Below, one piece after another: positions 1 through 6,692 of a stretch of DNA of 32,607 nucleotides. The stretch's first letter is position 1; each line of letters opens with the position of its first letter. The notes beneath the pieces were generated by a model, which saw only the letters and a list, made by a program, of their open reading frames with translations, ran no database searches and was not told where the DNA came from. The position numbers and the translations under genes were made by a program. The DNA comes from a virus (taxonomy: Duplodnaviria > Caudoviricetes), in IMG/VR virus record IMGVR_UViG_3300032170_000043, positions 1-32,607 of that record. One strand, given 5' to 3'.

Positions 1-481
1 CCGATAGGGTAGGGAAGATTTCAATATATTTCACTTCACCCCTAGAAACTAAAACTTTGCCTCCATCATTACCAACCTTGATATAGAAATCTTCCCTGTT
101 TGTATTTGGATCGTCTACCACTTCACCCTCCATAATATCACCATCAATAAAAACTACTTTTATTTTCATACTTTTATCCTTACAAGGATTATCTATTTTT
201 AACACTTCAAACTGAAAGTAAGGACTTAAAATGAACTCCTCCACTAACTGATGTCCTTTATTTTGACGACATTTCTTACACATAACTACAAGATTAAAGC
301 TAAACATACGACCACCACGGGATTTGGGAACCCGATAGGCAAGCCCAACGTTTTCTTCTGATGTACAAAATACACATTTACCCTGGTCTCTACTCACTAC
401 TTCTTTTCTGATGTTTATTGGAATCCATCGCTTGTTTTCCCTTTTCTCCTCACCCACTAATTTACATCTTGCTATTCCCAT
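1..481 (-). CDS. Degenerate HNH-like zinc-binding domain fused to an Sm/Hfq-like beta domain (partial, runs off the window start)
   Basis: Translated by hand; absent from the ORF track because it has no stop in the window. ATG at 481 with AGGAG SD. N-part RWIPINIRKEVVSRDQGKCVFC..LAYRVPKSRGG..NLVVMCKKCRQNKG follows the HNH pattern. It continues in frame into MKIKVVFIDGDIMEGEVV..KVLVSRGEVKYIEI, an Sm-like pattern. Confidence 0.7.
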   Translation of the reverse strand, partial: MGIARCKLVGEEKRENKRWIPINIRKEVVSRDQGKCVFCTSEENVGLAYRVPKSRGGRMFSFNLVVMCKKCRQNKGHQLVEEFILSPYFQFEVLKIDNPCKDKSMKIKVVFIDGDIMEGEVVDDPNTNREDFYIKVGNDGGKVLVSRGEVKYIEIFPTLS

Positions 482-494
482 TTTGTCTCTCCTA

Positions 495-531
495 TAAAAA
501 AATAGTAGAGGTTTGACCTCCCTCTACTATT
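495..531 (-). terminator. Intrinsic terminator-like hairpin
   Basis: Perfect 11-bp stem AATAGTAGAGG/CCTCTACTATT (501-531), followed on the minus strand by a T run. Confidence 0.65.
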
Positions 532-669
532 GTATCACTTGAGACTTTTATGAGAAATAGCCTGTCTGAAACAGCATTTACACGTTTACTATGTTCCGAT
601 AAGATATATGTTGTGTGGCAGGTTTTTTTAGCCATTAAGGTCTTCATTTTCTCAATAGCTCCATTTTAA

Positions 670-697
670 AGTATATACTATTTAAATTTTTTGTCAA
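670..697 (-). promoter_or_regulatory. sigma70-like promoter TTGACA-N16-TATACT
   Basis: Direct match on the minus strand, in intergenic sequence. Confidence 0.65.
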
Positions 698-750
698 CCT
701 CCTGTCAAAGATGCACAGTATGAGCTAGTTATAAAGTTCCCCTAAAACTA

Positions 751-1311
751 AGTAACTTTATAACTCACAACTGTATTGACAAATAGCCATTAATTCAAGA
801 TAAAGTTACTGGGAAAAAGTAATTTTATAACCTAGAACTGTATTCACAAAACGGCATAAAATGACTAAATTACCCAAATTACTCTGTACCTCTTTTATTA
901 GATTTTCTCTTAAAGTGTGTCTCGAGACACATCTTAGAGTCTTGTGTTTTTTCAAAGGACTAAATTGACGTAGATACTTTATTAAAGGGTATTCTAGAAC
1001 TAGCTAATAATACATCTCTTCAAAGGACTAAATCGGAAATACCTATCCAGTCTAAGTTATAACTTTCATAATTCACTTGATCGTTTCAAGAGCCTTATCT
1101 ATACTATATTATAACTATTTCTTTAAAGGACTAAATCTATTTGCTTCTTTAAGATATACAAATATATATAGAATACTATATATAAAGAGTTATAGAGTTA
1201 CTGCTGAAAAGGGCTATAGGGTAATTTGTGAATTAGCTCTTATTTTTCAAGCTAGACATAGGTTATAATGTTATTCTGTTACGGTAATTTTGAGTAATTT
1301 TATAACCCACA
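751..1311. repeat. AT-rich non-coding repeat region (candidate origin or operator cluster)
   Basis: 33-bp repeat 751-783/818-850 (28/33 identical) with a partial copy at 1293-1311. TTYAAAGGACTAAAT at 951, 1019 and 1122. 16-bp palindrome TGTGTCTCGAGACACA (916-931) and 12-bp palindrome AAGTTATAACTT (1054-1065). Confidence 0.6.
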
Positions 1312-1351
1312 GTAGCAAAGGATTACAGAGGCCATTAAAATAGCCTATTTA

Positions 1352-1549
1352 TCAATGTCCCAGGTAACAACTTAAATAAACTAGAACAAATATAGTAACA
1401 CCAAATGAAAGACTAATTAATACCTCTAGTCTCTGAGATGTAAATATAATACCCAAATATAAAAGTGTACAAAATAGAAGTATAGATCCAACTATTTTGA
1501 CTATTTCACATTTATGCATTTTCATCCTCTCTCTTTTGTAAGTTTCCAA
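1352..1549 (-). CDS. Small membrane protein (2 predicted TM segments)
   Basis: Two hydrophobic stretches; last gene of the leftward cluster. The true start may be an internal ATG. Confidence 0.55.
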   Translation of the reverse strand: METYKRERMKMHKCEIVKIVGSILLFCTLLYLGIIFTSQRLEVLISLSFGVTIFVLVYLSCYLGH

Positions 1550-1552
1550 TCA

Positions 1553-1726
1553 TTATGGATGTAGTCTTTCTAAGTATCTTCTCTTTATAGCTTGTCTCTC
1601 CAGCTTATTTGCTTCCTTATTACCTAATATTCGTCTTGCCAAATCTAATGATCTTGGAGGACAAAACACTCTTGCATAAAAGAATTGTCTAATAATGTCT
1701 CTTGCTTGTGTTTTATTCATTTTCAT
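1553..1726 (-). CDS. Hypothetical protein, 57 aa
   Basis: Translated by hand (MKMNKTQARDIIRQFF...). ATGA overlap with the upstream RHH gene and an AGGAG SD. Confidence 0.6.
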   Translation of the reverse strand: MKMNKTQARDIIRQFFYARVFCPPRSLDLARRILGNKEANKLERQAIKRRYLERLHP

Positions 1727-1875
1727 TTTCTAAACTCCTTATTATTTTTTACCCACTCAAGAAGAATAGTTTCAATTAAATTAGCAACAGACCTGTTCTC
1801 TTTCTTAGCCTCCTTACTCAGCTTTTGCCATAATTCATTACTTAGGCGTATATATTTAGGTGTAGAGTTTGTCAT
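1723..1875 (-). CDS. Ribbon-helix-helix (Arc/CopG-like) DNA-binding protein, 50 aa
   Basis: Translated by hand: MTNSTPKYIRLSNELWQKLSKEAKKENRSVANLIETILLEWVK. Shows the typical beta strand IRL, a helix, then ENRSVANLI. GGAGG SD and ATGA overlap. Confidence 0.8.
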   Translation of the reverse strand: MTNSTPKYIRLSNELWQKLSKEAKKENRSVANLIETILLEWVKNNKEFRK

Positions 1876-2057
1876 TTTCTTTTACCTCCATTTGACTTTA
1901 CATACTGCTGACTTATAGTTACTTTACTTTTATCATTCCAATATACATCTGTTCCTTGTTTTAGTTTTTGAATAAAGTCTAACAATAACCTTTTTGACTT
2001 TGCTGTCTTGAAATGGATAAAACCTTTATGATCTATGAAGTTTACTGCTATTTTCAT
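1872..2057 (-). CDS. Hypothetical protein
   Basis: ORF with GGAGG SD, coupled to the RHH gene. Confidence 0.65.
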   Translation of the reverse strand: MKIAVNFIDHKGFIHFKTAKSKRLLLDFIQKLKQGTDVYWNDKSKVTISQQYVKSNGGKRK

Positions 2058-2126
2058 CTTTGACCTCCATATATAGAGTAAATTGAGATAGTTTTAATGG
2101 TAGTTGATGGATATGATGTTGGGTTT

Positions 2127-2384
2127 TTAATTTGTAAACTCATACCAACAATCACTGTGTATCCGTAAACAATATTTATTGCCTCCTTTTTGTATTAATT
2201 TTCCATGGGATACCTTACTGAAGTGATCCCATTCTTCGAACAACCAGTTTTTGCCCTCGGGATCTTCACGATTACAAGGTTTTCCTGTGAACCCATTGGC
2301 TAATGTATAAGCTCGGATGTTTTGAGCGTTAGCGAAAATCTGCTCGACTCTTTTACGTTGGTTCCTTCCGATTGTTTTACTCAT
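2127..2384 (-). CDS. Hypothetical early protein
   Basis: ORF with GGGGGTGA SD, part of the leftward small-gene cluster. Confidence 0.7.
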   Translation of the reverse strand: MSKTIGRNQRKRVEQIFANAQNIRAYTLANGFTGKPCNREDPEGKNWLFEEWDHFSKVSHGKLIQKGGNKYCLRIHSDCWYEFTN

Positions 2385-2428
2385 TTTTTCTCACCCCCTT
2401 TAATTAAAATTGGCAAACTTCTTGCTTC

Positions 2429-2600
2429 TTAAGACAAGAAAGATAAGACTAAGAATAAGAAAAAACTTAAGAAAGATAGATAAGATATGGTAATAAGAGA
2501 GAGTAAGAAAGATAACTCTTAAGAGGAAAAGAGAAACAAGACAAGGAAGTAAGATAAGATAGGATAGGAGAGATAAGATATAGAAGATAAGATAAGAGTT
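2429..2600. repeat. Purine-rich low-complexity tract of degenerate AAGA/TAAGA units
   Basis: The plus strand is mostly A/G, with many AAGA(T) units over about 170 bp. Confidence 0.7.
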
Positions 2601-2655
2601 AGTATTTGTGATCCGTGGAGTCAAGTTCTCCCTCCCTTTCTCTCCCCAAATTTTT

Positions 2656-2859
2656 CTATTCTACATCTTCGATATTCAACTCATCCAAAGCTTCTTGTAG
2701 ATTCTGATAGTCTGATACTGACATTCCTTTATCGAATATGTTAGCTACTAACTCAAGATCAGCTATCATTCCCTTTCTTAAAAACTCTGTTACTACTTCA
2801 AAAGTGATATAGGCATTCTCCTCAATCATTTCTTTATATTTTTGTTTCTGTGTTTTCAC
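2656..2859 (-). CDS. Hypothetical acidic protein
   Basis: GTG start overlapping the upstream stop (GTGA). Confidence 0.65.
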   Translation of the reverse strand: MKTQKQKYKEMIEENAYITFEVVTEFLRKGMIADLELVANIFDKGMSVSDYQNLQEALDELNIEDVE

Positions 2860-3011
2860 TTTTCTTCCCTTCTTGATTTTATTTGGGTTAATAGTTTTTC
2901 TATACGCTTTTTAGCCGAATTGATGCATTCAATAGCTTCCTTTAGTTCCTTTTGTATACCTTGAAGTTGTTTCTTGATTATTATTACTTTGCTTTTCTTA
3001 TTTGTAATCAT
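2856..3011 (-). CDS. Small coiled-coil protein, 51 aa
   Basis: Translated by hand (MITNKKSKVIIIKKQLQGIQKELKEAIECINSAKKRIEKLL...). It fills the gap and overlaps both neighbours. Confidence 0.55.
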   Translation of the reverse strand: MITNKKSKVIIIKKQLQGIQKELKEAIECINSAKKRIEKLLTQIKSRREEK

Positions 3012-3186
3012 GAGTAACTTCTCCATATTTAAATATCATTATAGTTTCGTTTGTTTCTCTGTCTCTGATCGAGACATTATCTCTAGACCCTTTGGCGTAA
3101 GTTATCGCTTTTTTTAGATCATCATAAACAATTTCTTTTTTGAATTTGCCATTGACACTATCGAATCTAAGTATTGTGTATTTCAT
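2998..3186 (-). CDS. Hypothetical early protein
   Basis: ORF preceded by the conserved intergenic repeat and SD. Confidence 0.7.
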   Translation of the reverse strand: MKYTILRFDSVNGKFKKEIVYDDLKKAITYAKGSRDNVSIRDRETNETIMIFKYGEVTHDYK

Positions 3187-3222
3187 TTTTTCTCACCCCC
3201 TCTTATCTCATACTCAAGACAT

Positions 3223-3402
3223 CTACTTGATAATCAAGTTATCTTTTGTTACTCCGTGTTCAGATGCTATTTTGTAATACTCAGTTGGTGTCAAGACTAT
3301 TGCTCCATGTACATATTCTTTTCCATAAGCGTCTTCATCATAAATGGTGATGGTGTATAAACCGCTTAATGGATGTTGTTCAACTTCGGCTATTCTTCTC
3401 AT
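3223..3402 (-). CDS. Hypothetical protein, 59 aa
   Basis: Translated by hand (MRRIAEVEQHPLSGLYTITIYDED...). GGAGGTGA SD; lies between two intergenic repeats. Confidence 0.7.
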   Translation of the reverse strand: MRRIAEVEQHPLSGLYTITIYDEDAYGKEYVHGAIVLTPTEYYKIASEHGVTKDNLIIK

Positions 3403-3454
3403 AGGATCTCACCTCCTCTTGTCTCATACTTAAGACACCTATTGTCAAAAGAGT

Positions 3455-3619
3455 TTACTTTTTATTCTTTCTAATATCAATCAGAATCTCTCGAATATCA
3501 GTCAATATCTCCAGTGTTAATGTTTGAAAAGCAATTGTTATTGTTTCTGGAAGATACTTCTTGTCTACCATTTCATTGAATTGATTCATAATTACTTTTT
3601 TATTTATCATTACTGTCAT
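3455..3619 (-). CDS. Hypothetical protein, 54 aa
   Basis: Translated by hand (MTVMINKKVIMNQFNEM...LEILTDIREILIDIRK). GGAGGTGA SD. Confidence 0.65.
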   Translation of the reverse strand: MTVMINKKVIMNQFNEMVDKKYLPETITIAFQTLTLEILTDIREILIDIRKNKK

Positions 3620-3658
3620 CTCTTCTCACCTCCCTTATCTTTACTCAAAACATCTATG

Positions 3659-3853
3659 TTAATATGAAACTTCTTCTACCAGCTTATATCCTTCAGGGAT
3701 TAAGGTAAGTAGATAGATGTATCCATCACCATTGATTTTTCTTACTCTGTATTTCTTTGTTCCTCTCTCTACAACTCGATGTGAGCCAGTAGAGGAGCAG
3801 GAGCAAGGAGCAGAGAAATCGTTCTTGATCCTGCAGTTCAAGCAATATCTCAT
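3659..3853 (-). CDS. Small Cys-rich protein
   Basis: CLNC...CSC motif and GGAGGTGA SD; first gene after a consensus promoter. Confidence 0.7.
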   Translation of the reverse strand: MRYCLNCRIKNDFSAPCSCSSTGSHRVVERGTKKYRVRKINGDGYIYLLTLIPEGYKLVEEVSY

Positions 3854-3878
3854 TTTATCTCACCTCCTTTCATCTAAT

Positions 3879-3906
3879 ATTATATACACTTCTTAACATT
3901 TGTCAA
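3879..3906 (-). promoter_or_regulatory. sigma70-like promoter TTGACA-N16-TATAAT driving the leftward cluster
   Basis: Both hexamers are consensus and lie directly upstream of the first leftward gene. Confidence 0.8.
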
Positions 3907-4121
3907 GAGGTAGTGAGTGGATGAGAAGGTGATGGAGAGAGGGGTTGAAGATGAGTAAAGAGTGGTGGAGGAAAGATTAAAATCCCCCCAAGCCCCCCCG
4001 AAAATGAAGATGATGCTTAACTATTTTCTTGACCAGAATTTTACCCTTCCTTCAAACTCCCATTATTACTCCATCTTTATACACTTCCTTACCCTCTCTT
4101 TTTAAATATAATATAATTACA

Positions 4122-4706
4122 ATGAAAAAATGTACTCGATGTGGTTTATTAAAAGAATCCTCTGAATTTTATTGGTGCATAAGTTATTTGAAAAGAGGCT
4201 GGAATAATGGTTACTCTAGTCAGTGTAAACAATGTCGTACTATTGTAAACAAAATAAGATATAAGAAAAATCGTCTCAAATATTTAAAGAAAGTAAATAT
4301 TTATCATGCTTCTCCTGGAGTGAAAGAAAAACGGTGTCTTTATCGTCAAAATAACAGAGAGGAAAGAAGAATAAAAAAGAGAGCATATCGTCATACAAAA
4401 ATTGGAAACATAAATATGAATAATCAGCAGCATAGGCGAAAAGCAAAATTAGCACATTGTGCTATAAACGACCTCACTTCGACTCAAATTCATACACTTT
4501 TAATTAATGCCCGTAAGTGTGTTATTTGTGGAAAATATTTTAATAAAAAAAGAAAAAAAACCATTGACCATATTTTATCAATATTTCAAGGCGGTAATAA
4601 TAGTTTACTTAATATTCAAATTGTGTGTTTGAGTTGTAATTCAAAAAAACAACATAAAGATTATACAGATTTTAATAATGGTCAATTATATATGTTTTTG
4701 AATTAA
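4122..4706 (+). CDS. HNH endonuclease with N-terminal zinc finger
   Basis: N-terminal CTRC..CKQC. C-terminal CVICG..TIDHILSIFQGGNNSLLNIQIVCLSCNSKK is an intact HNH motif. Start reassigned from the TTG at 4029 to the ATG at 4122. Confidence 0.9.
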   Translation: MKKCTRCGLLKESSEFYWCISYLKRGWNNGYSSQCKQCRTIVNKIRYKKNRLKYLKKVNIYHASPGVKEKRCLYRQNNREERRIKKRAYRHTKIGNINMNNQQHRRKAKLAHCAINDLTSTQIHTLLINARKCVICGKYFNKKRKKTIDHILSIFQGGNNSLLNIQIVCLSCNSKKQHKDYTDFNNGQLYMFLN

Positions 4707-4715
4707 TCCCCATAC

Positions 4716-4743
4716 TTGACTCACCTCCTCTCCTGAGTATAAT
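4716..4743 (+). promoter_or_regulatory. sigma70-like promoter TTGACT-N16-TATAAT
   Basis: Direct match in intergenic sequence. Confidence 0.65.
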
Positions 4744-4930
4744 ATAACCACAATGCAAAAAATAAACCTCCTCACTCCCCTTGAGTATTTTGCAATTCTT
4801 TCTTACTTCCTGAATAATCCTCACTATTTCCTTTACGAATATAGAGCTTTTTACTATGATTATGATTCCAGACAATATCTTCCTCATCAAACCAGGATAT
4901 TTAATGTGCTTGGATTAAATTAGGAAGCTC

Positions 4931-4958
4931 TTGACACACCATAGATTTAGGATATACT
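4931..4958 (+). promoter_or_regulatory. sigma70-like promoter TTGACA-N16-TATACT upstream of the late operon
   Basis: Direct match, 15 nt before the ATG at 4974. Confidence 0.7.
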
Positions 4959-4973
4959 TAGGATATATTAAAG

Positions 4974-5141
4974 ATGGTAGAAAATAATTATACTGAAATT
5001 AAGCAGAATTTAATAATTCAAATTGATAAGGCTTTAGATAAAATACTTGAACAGGGTTTTGGAGAAATTAGAATAGTCATAGATGAGGATAGACAAATCT
5101 ATGATATAATTCCTTCTCCAAGAATAAGAGTGAAGTCTTGA
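4974..5141 (+). CDS. Small protein resembling DUF2292/YezD family, 55 aa
   Basis: Translated by hand (MVENNYTEIKQNLIIQIDKALDKILEQGFGEIRIVIDED...RIRVKS). The helix followed by G-F-G-E-I-x-I is the pattern recognised; the family call is by eye. Confidence 0.6.
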   Translation: MVENNYTEIKQNLIIQIDKALDKILEQGFGEIRIVIDEDRQIYDIIPSPRIRVKS

Positions 5142-5344
5142 TAAAATTGAATTCTACTGACCAGGCTTGGTTAAGCAGAGAAGCACTGGAAAAACTTGAT
5201 ACACTTATTATTGGAAAGGGTTATCATCATATTACTAGAGTAAATAATTCTTACTACTTAGATGGAGAACGTTTTCATATAGATAATTTTGAATATTTTG
5301 ATGGAACTATTGATGAGATAGAGGTTAAAAAAACAGTTACTTAA
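5138..5344 (+). CDS. Hypothetical protein
   Basis: TTG start overlapping the previous stop (TTGA). Confidence 0.6.
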   Translation: MIKLNSTDQAWLSREALEKLDTLIIGKGYHHITRVNNSYYLDGERFHIDNFEYFDGTIDEIEVKKTVT

Positions 5345-5363
5345 TTTTTGACAACTTAACATT

Positions 5364-5476
5364 GGTTGACCTACTCTGAACTTGAGCGGTCAATTTAGTC
5401 GCTAGGGTTAGTGGCATTCGTGAGAATGTCTGCCCCGAAAGCTTATAAGTTAGCGGCTATCTTGGCCGCTTTTTTT
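5364..5476 (+). terminator. Structured leader: multibranch terminator with a competing upstream hairpin
   Basis: GAGCGGTCAA (5384-5393) pairs with TTGGCCGCTT (5462-5471) and is followed by T7. Inner stems are TAGTCGCTA/TAGCGGCTA and GGCATTC-GTGA-GAATGTC. An alternative stem pairs TTGACC (5366-5371) with GGTCAA (5388-5393). Confidence 0.7.
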
Positions 5477-5482
5477 ATTGAT

Positions 5483-5734
5483 ATGAAGATAGTTAAGAAA
5501 AAGCATCTTATGGAGGCTTGCAGGCAGCAACATAAAAGAAATATGAAAAAGTGGGGAGCAAGTTGGAGTATCTCCACTATTTACAACCATATTGCTAATA
5601 CTCACCGACCAAGTGAGAGGCAAGCAAATCAAATGAATGTAGAACTAAGGGAAGATGAATTATTGTTATATAACTACTGGCATTACAAGGTTAAGAAGTG
5701 TGTGATGTGTAAACCTTTAGTGGAAGGAAACTGA
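5483..5734 (+). CDS. Hypothetical basic His/Cys protein
   Basis: ORF ends 1 nt before the small terminase. Start moved to the ATG at 5483, downstream of the RNA structure. Confidence 0.55.
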   Translation: MKIVKKKHLMEACRQQHKRNMKKWGASWSISTIYNHIANTHRPSERQANQMNVELREDELLLYNYWHYKVKKCVMCKPLVEGN

Positions 5735-5735
5735 G

Positions 5736-6218
5736 ATGAAGAAAGTTAAAGACATTATTGACGATAAATTGAAGCCTGAAAATATTCCTAATGGTAAAGT
5801 TAGGGTAATTGATAAGAATATTCTTAGAATGCACTTTATGGGAGCTTCTGTTAGAGAGATTGCGAAAGAAACTAAAAAAACTGAGGGTGCTGTGCGGAAG
5901 GCTCTTAATAATCCTGCTGTGCAGAGGGAGATTAAGCGGTTAGATAGGCTCGTGGAGGGAGAGCTTGTCCGCTCCAAAATTACCGCTGAACGCAAGCTCA
6001 AAGAAGCTATGGTTAAGGCATCTGACACACTTATAAATACGATGAAAACTGCTCCTTCTCTCAAGGATAGAAACTGGGCAGCTCTGAAAGTATTGGAATA
6101 TACATTAGGTAAACCTAGAATACCTATTGAGGGAAAGTTGGAAGTGAGTGCATTAACTGATGAGGATTTGGAGGAGATGAGGGAGGGGTTAGAGGGTGAG
6201 AAGGAAAAGAATAGCTGA
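5736..6218 (+). CDS. terS: Terminase small subunit (putative)
   Basis: N-terminal HTH (GASVREIAKETKKTEGAVRKAL), helical core and C-terminal KVLEYTLGKP..LTDEDL; lies upstream of the large terminase. Confidence 0.7.
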   Translation: MKKVKDIIDDKLKPENIPNGKVRVIDKNILRMHFMGASVREIAKETKKTEGAVRKALNNPAVQREIKRLDRLVEGELVRSKITAERKLKEAMVKASDTLINTMKTAPSLKDRNWAALKVLEYTLGKPRIPIEGKLEVSALTDEDLEEMREGLEGEKEKNS

Positions 6219-6249
6219 TACTTAGAATATAAGAAGTAATAAGCAAAAA

Positions 6250-6486
6250 ATGAAAAAGATTGATGTTTTGTTAGAAGCATTAGCAGAATTGGAACACGAA
6301 CAGTGGGCACATTGGACTAGATATTTGTTAAATAATCTTACGGAACAGAATATTAAAAGATGGAAAAAACAGATAGAAATTCCTTATACAAAACTATCTG
6401 AAAAAGAAAAAGAAAGTGATAGAAAGTGGGCAAGGAAAGTTATCGGAAATTTAGATGAGATGAGGGAAGGATTAGAGAAAGAATGA
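6250..6486 (+). CDS. RyR-repeat-like small protein
   Basis: LAELEHEQW...IPYTKLSEKEKESDR resembles the ryanodine-receptor repeat pattern found in phage proteins. Confidence 0.65.
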   Translation: MKKIDVLLEALAELEHEQWAHWTRYLLNNLTEQNIKRWKKQIEIPYTKLSEKEKESDRKWARKVIGNLDEMREGLEKE

Positions 6487-6692
6487 TGTGGTGGAAATTA
6501 CATTCATTAGAATATGATTATTTTAGTAAAACAGGTCTTAGAAAAATGTGTGCGAGCTGTGAGTTTTTCCATAAAGGACGAAAAGTTCACCATTCTCATT
6601 GTGGTTATAAATTTAGGCGAAGGGATATATTGAAACATAACGGTAGAATTCCTGCCTGTGAGTATTATAGAGGAGATAAGGGAAGGGCTTAA
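6483..6692 (+). CDS. Small Cys-rich protein
   Basis: CASC..HC..ACEYY; translationally coupled on both sides. Confidence 0.65.
   Translation: MMWWKLHSLEYDYFSKTGLRKMCASCEFFHKGRKVHHSHCGYKFRRRDILKHNGRIPACEYYRGDKGRA

Larger units (their letters stand above)
3191..3876. repeat. Conserved ~35-bp intergenic repeat separating early genes
   Basis: TCTCACCCCCTCTTATCTCATACTCAAGACATCTA (3191-3225), TCTCACCTCCTCTTGTCTCATACTTAAGACACCTA (3407-3441), TCTCACCTCCCTTATCTTTACTCAAAACATCTA (3624-3656), and a partial copy at 3858-3876. Confidence 0.8.

Noticed and set aside
1077-1268. 63-aa plus-strand ORF
   Set aside because: It lies in the AT-rich repeat region, has a TTG start and no SD, and runs opposite to neighbouring genes.
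1685-1918. 77-aa plus-strand ORF
   Set aside because: It is antisense to the RHH gene, which has a clear motif and coupling.
3191-3876. Regularly spaced ~35-bp repeats as a CRISPR array
   Set aside because: The spacers are about 180 nt and encode proteins, the repeats contain SD sequences and are degenerate, and there are no cas genes.
4029-4121. TTG-initiated N-terminal extension of the HNH
   Set aside because: It translates a pyrimidine-rich promoter-like tract; the domain begins at the ATG at 4122.
4672-4890. 72-aa minus-strand ORF
   Set aside because: It overlaps the HNH end and a plus-strand promoter, with a TTG start and no SD.
5411-5482. GTG-initiated extension of the 107-aa ORF
   Set aside because: It lies within the RNA structure and T run; the ATG at 5483 is more plausible.
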